Origin: Armatimonadia bacterium
Lineage (GTDB): Bacteria > Armatimonadota > Zipacnadia > Zipacnadales > UBA11051
Length of the DNA stretch: 55,672 nt
NCBI GenBank assembly: GCA_039683575.1
Contig: JBDKRC010000237.1
Location: 1 to 55,672, forward strand
Reading direction: 5' to 3'
The position numbers and the translations under genes are program-made. The notes beneath the pieces are model-generated. The model did not search any database. It was not told where the DNA came from and worked only from the letters and a program-made list of their open reading frames with translations. Positions 18,052 through 28,622 of this stretch are shown here, piece after piece; positions within the stretch are counted from its first letter, which is position 1; each line of letters opens with the position of its first letter.

Positions 18052-18441
18052 GCGGGTTCAGGGATGAACCCGCCTACGCGCCACACCATCAACTGCTCGC
18101 GTAGGTGGATGCGTCTCGCATCCACGCCCTGCGCGTCTTTCGTGGCCCTGCCAGGGCCACACGTCTGGTACGGCTTGTCTGCGTCGGTGCGCACCGACTA
18201 ACTTTCTGGTTGCGAAAGTCGGATGGCGCCCTTGGTTGGTATGTTCGCCAGGGCTCTCCTGCCCGACTACCACGTCGGCTCTCCAGCCGCCGCATCTTAC
18301 GATGCGGATGCATCCTCCCGATGCGTTGGTGGTGGCAGCTACCTTACCGAGGTCCGGCTTTCGCGCCAGAAATCTGTACGCGTAGGGGGGTTCATCCTTG
18401 AACCCACGACTTTGCGGGTTCGAGACGAACCCGCCTACGCG
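18052..18441. repeat. Cluster of GTAG-type REPs at the trpS 3' end
   Basis: Copies at 18052-18080, 18098-18126, 18379-18408 and 18414-18441 in alternating orientation. Confidence 0.85.
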
Positions 18442-18443
18442 GT

Positions 18444-19403
18444 TTAGAAACCTACTGCTGTCCTGACTCTATCAAGGGTCTCCCGCGCCACTACTCGCGC
18501 CTTCTTCGCTCCCTCCGCCAGCACGTCCTCAACATACCCCGGGTCGCTCTCCAGCTCTGTGCGCCGCGCCCGCTGGTTGCCGAAGTACCCCATGAACGCC
18601 GCCAGAAGCTGCTTCTTGTACTCCCCATAGCCCACGCCGCCGGCGCGGAAGCTCTGCTCCATCTCCGCCTTCTGCTCAGGGGTGGCAAAGAGGCTGTATA
18701 GTTGGAAGATCGTGTTGTCCTCGGGGTCCTTGGGGTCCTCGACCGGCGTGGAGTCGGTGACGATCCCCATGATCTTCTTCTTCACGACCTTGTCGGGGTC
18801 GAAGATTCCGATCGTGTTGTCATAGCTCTTGGACATCTTGCGACCGTCGAGGCCCGGCACTATGGCTGTGTTCTCCAGGATGTACGGCTCCGGGATGGTC
18901 AGGGTCTCGCCATAGATGTGGTTGAACCGCTGCCCGAGGTCCTGGGTCACTTCGATGTGCTGTTTCTGGTCCTGGCCCACCGGGACGAGGTTCGAGTTGT
19001 AGATCAGAATGTCCGCTGCCATCAGCACGGGATAGGCGAACAGGCCATGCTCGGCGGGGAGGCCCTGCGAGACCTTGTCCTTGTAGGCATGGCAGCGCTG
19101 CAGCAGGCCCATGGGGCAGAGCGTGGACAGAATCCAGGTCAGTTCGGTCACTTCGGGAATGTCGGACTGGCGGAAGATGACGGCCTTGGCGGGGTCCAGG
19201 CCCAGCGCCAGGAAGTCAGCGGCGACGTCGAGTGTCTGCTGGCGCAGGAGCGCCCCATCGTGGACTGTGGTGAGGGCATGGTAGTTGGCCATGAAGTAGT
19301 AGCCCTCATGCTCCTCCTGCAGGTGCACGTACTGACGAATCGCGCCAAAGTAGTTGCCGATGTGTAGTTTGCCGGTAGGTTGTACGCCTGATAGAACCCT
19401 CAT
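18444..19403 (-). CDS. trpS: Tryptophan--tRNA ligase
   Basis: SGVQPTG.LHIGNY, YPVLMAADIL, VPVGQDQKQH, KMSKS. Confidence 0.97.
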   Translation of the reverse strand: MRVLSGVQPTGKLHIGNYFGAIRQYVHLQEEHEGYYFMANYHALTTVHDGALLRQQTLDVAADFLALGLDPAKAVIFRQSDIPEVTELTWILSTLCPMGLLQRCHAYKDKVSQGLPAEHGLFAYPVLMAADILIYNSNLVPVGQDQKQHIEVTQDLGQRFNHIYGETLTIPEPYILENTAIVPGLDGRKMSKSYDNTIGIFDPDKVVKKKIMGIVTDSTPVEDPKDPEDNTIFQLYSLFATPEQKAEMEQSFRAGGVGYGEYKKQLLAAFMGYFGNQRARRTELESDPGYVEDVLAEGAKKARVVARETLDRVRTAVGF

Positions 19404-19455
19404 GATGTCTCTTCGCTTCCGTCGTCCGTGGTTGGTGTTAGCTTTTGAGAGCGGT

Positions 19456-19501
19456 GAAAAACGAAAAAAGCCGTGGGAGCCACTTCGGGCGCCCACGGCT
19501 T
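19456..19501 (-). terminator. Attenuator terminator upstream of trpS
   Basis: AAGCCGTGGG...CCCACGGCTT-TTTTCGTTTTT on the minus strand. Confidence 0.85.
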
Positions 19502-19553
19502 CTATTCCATTTTGGTTGTTGGTCAGACTGGCAGCAGGGAGGGCGCCCACTTT

Positions 19554-19610
19554 TTAGGTGAGATTAAACCACGCCCAGAAGAAATATACCGCCTGCTGTG
19601 AGGTCTTCAT
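19554..19610 (-). CDS. Trp attenuator leader peptide, MKTSQQAVYFFWAWFNLT
   Basis: AGGA RBS; TGG-GCG-TGG codons; lies between a promoter and a terminator upstream of trpS. Confidence 0.8.
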   Translation of the reverse strand: MKTSQQAVYFFWAWFNLT

Positions 19611-19626
19611 AGTCCTGTTGGCGGAC

Positions 19627-19655
19627 ATAGTATCCGTGCGCCTGGCTGCTGTCAA
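19627..19655 (-). promoter_or_regulatory. Sigma70-type promoter of the trpS leader
   Basis: TTGACA-17 nt-TACTAT. Confidence 0.8.
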
Positions 19656-19939
19656 GCAGAATCTTGTGCCGTAGTGATGCCGATCCGGGCCAAGCAGCAG
19701 GCCCGCACAAACAAAGGGGGCGCAGCGGTACAGGCCAACTGCGCCCTGAGGTCCTCTCCAAGGCAAGCTTACGGAGTGATCCAGTACTTGCTGGCGTTGG
19801 CGGGGCTGGCGATCTCCACCACAAAGAGAACGCCTGGGCAGCGAGCCTATGGTCGGGACAGGGAAAACCTTGCCTCCGAACCAATTCGCCAGTATCATTC
19901 CCTCTCCGATCCATTCCTCTTGCCGGAGCGATGTTTTTT

Positions 19940-20836
19940 ATGTGGTACGACAATGTCCTCGACTTGATTGGCGACATCCCCATGCTGCGCCTGCGCAAGC
20001 TTACCGATTGCTCGGTGTTCGCCAAGTGTGAGTTCCTAAACCCCGGCGGCTCCATTAAGGACCGCATCGCCTTGCACTTGATCGAGTGTGCTGAGAAGCA
20101 GGGCGTCCTCAAGCCCGGCGACGCGATCGTCGAGCCTACTTCCGGTAACACCGGTATCGGCATGGCGCTGGTTGGCGTGCAGAAGGGCTACCGAGTAGTG
20201 ATCTGCATGCCGGAGAATATGAGCGAGGAACGCAAGAAGATCATTCGCGCACTGGGCGCCGAGTTGGAGTTGACCTCCGCCGAGGCCAGTATCCAGGGGT
20301 CGGTTGACCGCGCGGCCGAACTTGCTGCCCAGCCCGGGTACTTCATGCCCCAGCAGTTTGAGAACCCGAACAACCCCGCCTGCCATTACCTCAGCACAGC
20401 CCAGGAGATCTGGGAGCAGATGGAAGGCCAGGTAGACGCCTTCGTGGCCGGCATCGGTAGCGGTGGGACACTCGGGGGCGTGGGGAAGTTCCTCAAAGAG
20501 AAGAACCCGAACTGCAAGGTGGTGGCGGTTGAGCCGGCCAACGCGGCGGCGTTGCTGGGCCACGAACCCGGTTTCCACCAGATCCAGGGCATCGGCGATG
20601 GGTTCATCCCTCCGGTCCTCGACACCAGGCTCATCGACCACGTGGTCACGGTCACGGATGATGAGGCCATCGGCACGGCGCGCGACCTGGCCCGCATCGA
20701 AGGGCTGCTGGTCGGCACCTCCTCGGGCGCAAACGTCTGGGCCGCCGTCAAAGTCGCGTGTGGGCTTGTGGAGGGGAATGTCGTCACGGTGATGCCTGAC
20801 CGTGCCGAGCGCTATTTCAGCACCAGCTTGATCTAG
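19940..20836 (+). CDS. cysK: Cysteine synthase A
   Basis: KCEFLNPGGSIKDR, EPTSGNTG, QQFEN, GSGGT, HQIQGIG, ERYFST. Confidence 0.93.
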   Translation: MWYDNVLDLIGDIPMLRLRKLTDCSVFAKCEFLNPGGSIKDRIALHLIECAEKQGVLKPGDAIVEPTSGNTGIGMALVGVQKGYRVVICMPENMSEERKKIIRALGAELELTSAEASIQGSVDRAAELAAQPGYFMPQQFENPNNPACHYLSTAQEIWEQMEGQVDAFVAGIGSGGTLGGVGKFLKEKNPNCKVVAVEPANAAALLGHEPGFHQIQGIGDGFIPPVLDTRLIDHVVTVTDDEAIGTARDLARIEGLLVGTSSGANVWAAVKVACGLVEGNVVTVMPDRAERYFSTSLI

Positions 20837-20911
20837 CGGTGGGGCCTTCCCAAGAAGGTGCCCTGTGTGCGCTGCCGAAACACTCTCCATTACTTCTCAA
20901 CGAGGCTCGCT

Positions 20912-21901
20912 ATGAAATCGCTACGCTTCATGGGTAATTCTCAGGTGGAAGTGGTGGACATCCCGATGCCGGTGCTCAAGGACGATCAGGTCCTGATCAA
21001 GGTCAAGGTCTCTGCCCTCTGTGGCAGCGAGATGGGCAGTTGGCGCAGCCCGAATGCCTCCGCGGGCAACGGTGGCCATGAGTTTGCCGGCGAGATAGTC
21101 GATCTCAACGGCCACACCTCCCTGGCCCTCGGCGACCGCGTCGGCGTCCATGTCGTCACAGGCTGCGGCACCTGCGTGCAGTGCAAGACCGGCAATGAGA
21201 TTTTCTGCGACAAGCTCAGCGGCGTCGGCAGCGCCCACGCCGAGTACGTCGCCGCCCCGGCGCGCCAGTGCCTCAAGATCCCCGACAACATTGACTGGGA
21301 CACCGGCGTCTTGATCGCCGGAGACGGCATGGGCGTGGCCTACCACCTCAGCCGTCGCGTCGGCGTGCAAGCCCACGACACCGTCGCTGTCTTCGGCTGC
21401 GGGCCCATCGGCCTGGGCGTGATCGCCCTGTGGAGCTTCCTCGGCGCGAGGGTCATCGGTGTGGACATGAGCGAGTACCGGCGGAATCTGGCGGAGAAGC
21501 TGGGGGCGTGGAAGACGGTGGATGCGAGCAAGAAGAACGTCATCGAGCGCCTGCGCAAGCTTACGGGTGGCGCGGGCCCGGACATCTGCCTCGAATGCAC
21601 AGGCAAGCCCGATCCGGTCGCGATGGCTTTCGAAGCGGCCCGCAAGGGCGGCAAGCTCGGCATCGTGGGCGAGCAGCCGCTGGCAACTTTCAACCCCAGC
21701 CGGGACCTCATCCACAAGGAACTGAACGTCTACGGCGCGTGGTACTTCCGCCTGGCCGACTTCCCCGGCATGGTGGAATTGGTGAACCGCGGGCTGAAGG
21801 CGAAGAAGATCGTTACGCACCGGGTGCCGCTTGAGGAAGCCCAGAAGGGCTATGAACTGATGGCGGCGCAGAAGTGTGGGAAGGTACTGTTCCAGTACTA
21901 G
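20912..21901 (+). CDS. Zinc-binding (MDR) dehydrogenase
   Basis: CGSE, GHEFAG, CGTCVQC..C, GCGPIG. Confidence 0.9.
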   Translation: MKSLRFMGNSQVEVVDIPMPVLKDDQVLIKVKVSALCGSEMGSWRSPNASAGNGGHEFAGEIVDLNGHTSLALGDRVGVHVVTGCGTCVQCKTGNEIFCDKLSGVGSAHAEYVAAPARQCLKIPDNIDWDTGVLIAGDGMGVAYHLSRRVGVQAHDTVAVFGCGPIGLGVIALWSFLGARVIGVDMSEYRRNLAEKLGAWKTVDASKKNVIERLRKLTGGAGPDICLECTGKPDPVAMAFEAARKGGKLGIVGEQPLATFNPSRDLIHKELNVYGAWYFRLADFPGMVELVNRGLKAKKIVTHRVPLEEAQKGYELMAAQKCGKVLFQY

Positions 21902-21924
21902 ACAACGAAATGAATGAACCGAAG

Positions 21925-21962
21925 AGCCGCCCGCCTCAATCTGAGGCGGGCGGCTTATTTTG
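21925..21962 (+). terminator. Intrinsic terminator
   Basis: 14-bp stem AGCCGCCCGCCTCA/TGAGGCGGGCGGCT followed by TATTTT. Confidence 0.85.
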
Positions 21963-21979
21963 TGCGGCCACTATGCGGT

Positions 21980-22513
21980 TCAAATTGGCCGTGGGTCTGC
22001 TCGGAGAGGGGGAGGAAGCGTGCCAATACTCAGCTTCCACGGATTGGCGGGGAGCTTGCCCGTACCGTGATACCGCATTATCAGCGCCGGGTCATAGATG
22101 ACCCAAGTGCCAGCAACATCAATGAGTCTCCAGCCATTTTCGTTGAGGTAGGTGCCCCGAGTCTCCGTCGGCTCATAGGTGCCGTTTGCATCTTTGCTTC
22201 CTGCACCTGACGCAATCCAACCTGGCGTTCTCCCCACCTTCGGGCCTTTGCGTAGTGTCGGCGCTGGATACGCCCAGGTCGACTGCGTACTCCAGACCGT
22301 TGCCAGCCGCTCCTGCTCGAACTCCGCCATTCGCCGAGCCTCCCGCTCTGCCCTGGCCTGCCATAGCCCCGCGCACACCAATGTCACCGCCACAAGGCTG
22401 CAGACCCATGAGGCGTCGCGGCCCCACTGCTGGTTGCAGCCCTCGTGCGTCACCGGCTCCGGTGCGAATCTCTCCACCCTCCCGCCGGCCAGGTCCCGCT
22501 GGTGCTGGTCCAT
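21980..22513 (-). CDS. Hypothetical single-TM protein
   Basis: AGGGGG RBS; one hydrophobic helix; atypical codon usage. Confidence 0.5.
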   Translation of the reverse strand: MDQHQRDLAGGRVERFAPEPVTHEGCNQQWGRDASWVCSLVAVTLVCAGLWQARAEREARRMAEFEQERLATVWSTQSTWAYPAPTLRKGPKVGRTPGWIASGAGSKDANGTYEPTETRGTYLNENGWRLIDVAGTWVIYDPALIMRYHGTGKLPANPWKLSIGTLPPPLRADPRPI

Positions 22514-22725
22514 CAATCTCGCCCCCTGATTGTGCCGCTGCTTGTCTTCGCAGGCGCGCCAGTTCGGCGGTCACGACTGCCTCATACACCGCGTGATCAG
22601 GTCACCGCATACAAACCGTTCCACAGACAAAAAGACCCCGGCGGTGTCAACTTTTGAGAGAGTGGATCGGTATCGCCAGGGTCGTAATGGTAGCGTTGTG
22701 TTGGTATTTCCCCAGGAGCAGGGTC

Positions 22726-22754
22726 ATGGTAGACCACGTTACATCCCGTGTCAA
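22726..22754 (-). promoter_or_regulatory. Sigma70-type promoter
   Basis: TTGACA-17 nt-TACCAT. Confidence 0.6.
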
Positions 22755-22842
22755 TACGTTGCCAAGGTTTACTCTCCGTGGTACTAGTGGCGAAAAGAGC
22801 CGAGGCCAGATGAGCCCGGCCTCTGTGCGTCCTAACAGGTCG

Positions 22843-24084
22843 TCATTGCGCGACCGCCCGCGCCGCCGCTTCGCCGAGGCCCATGATGGTGCGCTGCAGC
22901 CGGACCGCCGAGGCTGCCAGGCTGGAGAAACCAGCGCCGCGGCTGGCCACGAGCAGGTTCTCGACCTCGCGTGGCTGCAGGCAGCGCAGCGGTATGCCCA
23001 CCGGGCCATTTCCGGCCTCGGTGCAGCCCCCGTCGTGGGAGTGACGGTCAATGGCGTGATCGGTCCAGACTACGCAATCGGGATGGTCTCCAGCACCGCC
23101 ACGGTGATGGTCCTGCTCGGTCAGCACATACCGCGCTCGCAGCCGTGGCCCCTCCCGCATGCCAATGCGCGGGGCGATCTGGACGATGCTGAAGCGGTCT
23201 AACCCATAGGCCTCACGCACCCCTGGCCAGCGCCGCGCAATGTTGCGTATCAGGTATTCCCGCGCCTGCTCCGGCCCCATCCGCCACGCCACCTCGCCTG
23301 GAAGCTGCAGGCACATGTTCACGTTGTATCCCCCATAGGGCATCTGGCTGATGTGCGCCGAACTGCCCTCGGGCCCGGCTGGGTGCGGCAGCAGCACCCG
23401 CGACGGCCCCGTGCGACAGTTGAAGCATAGCGTGCAGCCGTTGAGCCGGAACTCCGGCTCCTCCGGCGCAGAAGGCTCATCATACTCCTCCCGGCTCTCG
23501 CGCCCGATTGTATACCCACACCCCGCTGACCGGGCCAGGGCGATATCTGCCGTCGCATCCACATAGTGCGCCGCCGCCACCTCACGCTCCCCCTCTGGCG
23601 TTCGCAGCAAGAGGGACGAGATATTGCCCCCCTTCCTCCGAGCTTCAATGAAGGTAGTCTCCAGCAGCACCTCCACGCCGCTCTCCCGCGCCATCTGCGC
23701 GAGCGTTTCTGCCATCGCTGCCGGTTCGTACGTCACTCCGGCCCCAATCAGCCCCTTCTCCTTATCCGCCCACCGGCGCTGCGAGTCTTCGTACGTCGCC
23801 TCCGGCGCTCGCCGGTGTATCAACCGTCCGGCGGGAGTGTCGGCGACCGGCACGACATAGATTGCCGTCCCCTCGGCGACCATGCGTTCGGCGATCTCGC
23901 GGGCCAGCGCCCCGCGGTCGTGGCTCGGCTGCCAGACGTTCACCAGCGCGTAGACCCCCGTCCCGCCCAGGCAGCGCTCTTTTTCCACCCAAAGCGTGCG
24001 CAGGCCCAGCCGCCCGGCCGTGAGGGCCGCGCCCGTGCCGCCTGCGCCCCCGCCGACAACAATCAGATCGTACTGTGAGATCAT
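22843..24084 (-). CDS. FAD-dependent oxidoreductase
   Basis: YDLIVVGGGAGG, LGG, DATAD, REGPRL, NLLVASR, MGLGEAA. Confidence 0.88.
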   Translation of the reverse strand: MISQYDLIVVGGGAGGTGAALTAGRLGLRTLWVEKERCLGGTGVYALVNVWQPSHDRGALAREIAERMVAEGTAIYVVPVADTPAGRLIHRRAPEATYEDSQRRWADKEKGLIGAGVTYEPAAMAETLAQMARESGVEVLLETTFIEARRKGGNISSLLLRTPEGEREVAAAHYVDATADIALARSAGCGYTIGRESREEYDEPSAPEEPEFRLNGCTLCFNCRTGPSRVLLPHPAGPEGSSAHISQMPYGGYNVNMCLQLPGEVAWRMGPEQAREYLIRNIARRWPGVREAYGLDRFSIVQIAPRIGMREGPRLRARYVLTEQDHHRGGAGDHPDCVVWTDHAIDRHSHDGGCTEAGNGPVGIPLRCLQPREVENLLVASRGAGFSSLAASAVRLQRTIMGLGEAAARAVAQ

Positions 24085-24088
24085 AAGC

Positions 24089-25048
24089 CTACTGCACCAT
24101 CGCCTGCGCCAAAATGAGATTCGCCAGCTCCATCGTCTTGATCGCATCGCCAAAGTGCGACCCCGGCAGCGTCCCAGTCTTCAGACAGTCCACGAACTCG
24201 CGGTTCTTGGCCGCGAAGCCGCCGTAGACGTGGAACTCCTCGCTCCCGGCCACTTCCTTCGTGTCGAAAAACTGTCCTACAGTATCCTCGTCCGCGTACA
24301 GCCGCCCCACGGTCTCGTGCTCGGCCTCCGCGCAGATGTTCGGCGCGTGCATCTCCACGCGGAAGGTCCGCCGTCCGCTTGTCCAGCTATTCACCATCAT
24401 CCCGGTCGCGCCGTTGTCAAACTCGATCAGCGCGCTGATGAAGTTGATGTCGGGCACCTGCACGGCCTTGGTCACGCTCTGCACGCGCACCGCCTCGCCG
24501 CCGCACATCCACCGGACCGTGTCCAGCGCGTGCACCCCGTCATCCATCATGTGATCCCGCGCATCCCACATCGGCGCGATGGCGGATTTGTAGAACTGGC
24601 AGACCGCATGCACAATCGGCCCGCGCTCGAGGCACTTGTCGCGCAGCAGGCACACCATGGGGCAGGTGCGGCGCTGGAAGCTCACCTGCGTGAGCACCTG
24701 CTTCTCCTCGGCGAGCGTCGCCAGCATCCGCGACTGGTGCAGCGTGAGGCCCATGGGCTTCTCGATGTACAGGTTCACGCCCTGCTGGAGGCACCAGACC
24801 CAGACATCGTACATGTACTGGGGCTGCCCAATGGCCCAGACCGCCGCCGGGGCGACTTCCTCGACCATCTTCCGGTAGTCGGCGTAGCGGCCGGACACGC
24901 CGTACTTGTCGGCAGTCTCGTTCAGTTTCGTTTCATCCAAATCACATATAGCGGCAATCTCGACATCCTCAAAGGAGGCGAGGGAGGGGTAATGGACCTT
25001 GTTGGCCATAGCCCCGGCGCCGATGATGGCGATTTTGGTCTTCGGCAT
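24089..25048 (-). CDS. Gfo/Idh/MocA family oxidoreductase
   Basis: IAIIGAG, EKP, DGVHALD. Confidence 0.9.
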   Translation of the reverse strand: MPKTKIAIIGAGAMANKVHYPSLASFEDVEIAAICDLDETKLNETADKYGVSGRYADYRKMVEEVAPAAVWAIGQPQYMYDVWVWCLQQGVNLYIEKPMGLTLHQSRMLATLAEEKQVLTQVSFQRRTCPMVCLLRDKCLERGPIVHAVCQFYKSAIAPMWDARDHMMDDGVHALDTVRWMCGGEAVRVQSVTKAVQVPDINFISALIEFDNGATGMMVNSWTSGRRTFRVEMHAPNICAEAEHETVGRLYADEDTVGQFFDTKEVAGSEEFHVYGGFAAKNREFVDCLKTGTLPGSHFGDAIKTMELANLILAQAMVQ

Positions 25049-25075
25049 TCTCTACTCCTGTTGTGCTGCTGTTTC

Positions 25076-26027
<952 letters not shown>

Positions 26028-26038
<11 letters not shown>

Positions 26039-27197
26039 GCGTCAGCGCCTCCTCATAGTGTGCAACTTGCCGCGTCAGGTGGAGCAACTCCCGCTCATCC
26101 GGCTGTCTCTGCGCCGCCTCGTGCAGTTGCTCGAGCAAGCCCTCGACCTGCTGCTGCAACTCCGGGCGCACGCGGCCCAGCGCCGTCGCCAGCGCCGCCG
26201 GCGGCAGTTCGGGCGACACACCGGCGATCTGCCCCAGCCGTCGCCGGAAGGAGTGGTTCAGTATCTCCACCACCGCCCCGCGTGCCTCCGCCCGCCGGTA
26301 AAGCTCTGCCAGCGCCCCCACGAACTCCAGCGCCGACCGCCGCGGCGGGGTCACCAGCGGCACTGCCGCCCCAAAGCGGCTTCCACGGCTCAGCAGGAAG
26401 AGCAACAGGGCGATCCCTGCCAGGACGGCTGCCCAGATGGCAGTGCTCGGGTCCAAGGGCTCATTCTCTTCCCGCAGCGCCATGGGATTGTGCAGGAACT
26501 CGTCGAAGTACACGCCCTGCTGGCCATACTGCCACAGGATATTGCTCGCCAGGATCACGTTGTCAGCCTCGGTGAGATAGCCGTTGGCGAGGATATTGGC
26601 GTCACAAAGGGCGTAGATGGTGCCCTTACCGTGCCGCGTCACCATCACCGCCGCGCCCCGCCTGTCCTCCATGAGCGCCTGCCACTGCCGCACCGCCCCT
26701 CCCGGCACCGCCTTCAGGCGCACTCCCGCCGTCACTTGCACCTTCGCGACGTCCCGCAGGATTGGATCCTTGGCAACAGGCGCGACCGCGGTGTCTTTGG
26801 CCGGCACATAGACCGACACCAGTCCCAGCCCAGTCAGTAGCTCCTCATCGGGCTTCACATCCCCTGGATCATCCAGATCCGGCGCAACCACCAGCGTGCC
26901 CCCCTCCGCCACCCATCCCAGCGCAGCCCGCAGGTCCTTCTCTTTGACCTCATAGGTCGGGTTAAGCACCAGCAGCAGCCTTTGCCCCTGCAGGGCGCTC
27001 AGACGCTGCTCCCACGGCGTTACCTGCAGCCCGTTCTCCCGCGCCAGATCCGCCAGGGCCTTGGTGCCCCATTCGTTCGTCCTGGTCACCGAGTGGTCAC
27101 GCACGGGGTCATACTCGCTCTTGGGCATCAGCAGAGCCACCGCTGTGAATACAGCGATCAGCGCGAGGAAGATCATGAGGCCCCTATGCTTTGCCAT
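26028..27197 (-). CDS. DUF4350-domain membrane protein
   Basis: N-terminal TM, GTKAL, WV..GGTLVV, FDE, R.G...P and ALAELYRRA C-terminal pattern; adjacent to MoxR. Confidence 0.75.
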
Positions 27198-27981
27198 GGC
27201 CCTCCCCCTGCTCCCAGGCCGCCATCGCCAGTTCGCGGCAGCGGGCGTACTGCGCGCTGTCCAGGCCCTGCCGCCCGTACCACACCCGCTCCGCTGCGGC
27301 CGTCAACGCCGACAGCGGTCCGTGCACCGGCCCCGCGCCGCGCACCTGCCGCAAGTAGTCTTGATTGGTGAAGGCCCGGTCATACCGCAGCGCTCCCAGA
27401 CGATCCAGCCTCCGGATCAGCGCCAGGTACAGCCTCCTCAGCGCCTCCGGCAGATTGCCCTCCGCCGCCGCGCGATCAGCCTCGGCCAGCAGCGTCTCGG
27501 GGTCAGCGTGGACCTCGGCCCCGCCCTCTCGCCTCCGGCGCACTTGCGCCCTGGGCCCGCGCCCGAACGCGCTTCTCATAGTCAGGTAGATGTGGTATAA
27601 GAGGAGTACGACGATCAGCAGCCCGAACCCGGTGATCGTCCAGTACAAGGCCGGCGCCATGTCGTGCAGGGCCACGAACTGGTCGCTGAAGTGTTCGCGC
27701 CACCACCGCTGGAAGCGCTCCCAGGCCTCGCGAAGCTTATTGATGAACTCGCTCTGGCGGAGTTGGTTATACTCGGGCCGCTGTAGTACCTGCGTGAGAT
27801 CAGCGCGCAGCTCTGCGGCAGGAGGCCGCGGTGTCGGGCTCTGGAGAGCCCTCCCACCCTCATTGCTTTGGCTGGAGGCCTGCTCTTGTGCCGCCTCCCC
27901 GAAGGGCCAGCGCGGAGCCGCCTCACTCGCCACGGCGAGCGACAGCGTCAGCACACACAGACATAACGCCAGCCGGTTCAT
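27184..27981 (-). CDS. DUF4129-domain protein
   Basis: A...A..G....ALRRLYLAL, TNQDY, ERVWYG motifs; adjacent to DUF4350/MoxR. Confidence 0.75.
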   Translation of the reverse strand: MNRLALCLCVLTLSLAVASEAAPRWPFGEAAQEQASSQSNEGGRALQSPTPRPPAAELRADLTQVLQRPEYNQLRQSEFINKLREAWERFQRWWREHFSDQFVALHDMAPALYWTITGFGLLIVVLLLYHIYLTMRSAFGRGPRAQVRRRREGGAEVHADPETLLAEADRAAAEGNLPEALRRLYLALIRRLDRLGALRYDRAFTNQDYLRQVRGAGPVHGPLSALTAAAERVWYGRQGLDSAQYARCRELAMAAWEQGEGHGKA

Positions 27982-28037
27982 GGCCTTGAAGTTCGCGCTC
28001 AGCAACCACAATCCTGCCTCGACCACAGGAGGCCCGC

Positions 28038-28589
28038 ATGCGTCCCGCTACTATAGTTCTAGTTGTGCTCATTCTTCTGGCCGCCGTGTGGCTGGTGCTG
28101 GTCAATCCGGCCCTGAAGCATCAGGCCACACCGTCACAGCCCGCCAAGCCCCTCGCGCCCAAGCCCGCCGAAGTGCAGGCTGCCGAAGCCTTCCTGGATT
28201 CCTGGAGCAAGGGCGACAGCGCCGCGGTCTACGGCATGCTCTCGACCAGCATGAAGCAACTCATCCCCCAGGATCAGTACGCAGCGCAGATGGCAGAGAT
28301 GAAGATCAGCAATCCGACCATCGTCGCCCACACCGAGACTGCCCCGGCAGCCTTCGCCATCGCGAAGTTCACCGCCACCCAACCCGCCGGGTCCGCACCA
28401 GTGCAGGGCGCCAGCATCCTTCTAAAGCCTGAGCAGGGGCAGTGGAAAATTGCCCTGTTCGTCACGCTGGACAAGGTCGCCCAGAAGTACGAAGACCTGA
28501 AGATCGCCCCCGGCAAAGACAAAGGCTGGGTGGTAACCTACCAGGACGAGAAGGGGCAGGTAGGCACGACGACCTTACCGGAACTCTAA
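28038..28589 (+). CDS. Membrane-anchored hypothetical protein (NTF2-like pattern)
   Basis: AGGAGG RBS; N-terminal TM; AEAFL..W..GD...Y..LS and GQWKI. Confidence 0.75.
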   Translation: MRPATIVLVVLILLAAVWLVLVNPALKHQATPSQPAKPLAPKPAEVQAAEAFLDSWSKGDSAAVYGMLSTSMKQLIPQDQYAAQMAEMKISNPTIVAHTETAPAAFAIAKFTATQPAGSAPVQGASILLKPEQGQWKIALFVTLDKVAQKYEDLKIAPGKDKGWVVTYQDEKGQVGTTTLPEL

Positions 28590-28622
28590 CAGACTGACAG
28601 TCTGTACTTTTCAGGAAGTGAA

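Noticed and set aside
19790..19845. ZTP (pfl) riboswitch
   Set aside because: CGCCTGGGCA and CTGGCG are present, but the P1/P2 consensus is absent and the cysK context does not fit.
14000..23000. dif site at the skew transition
   Set aside because: No XerC/XerD-like 28-mer was recognised by eye; a motif search is needed to exclude it.
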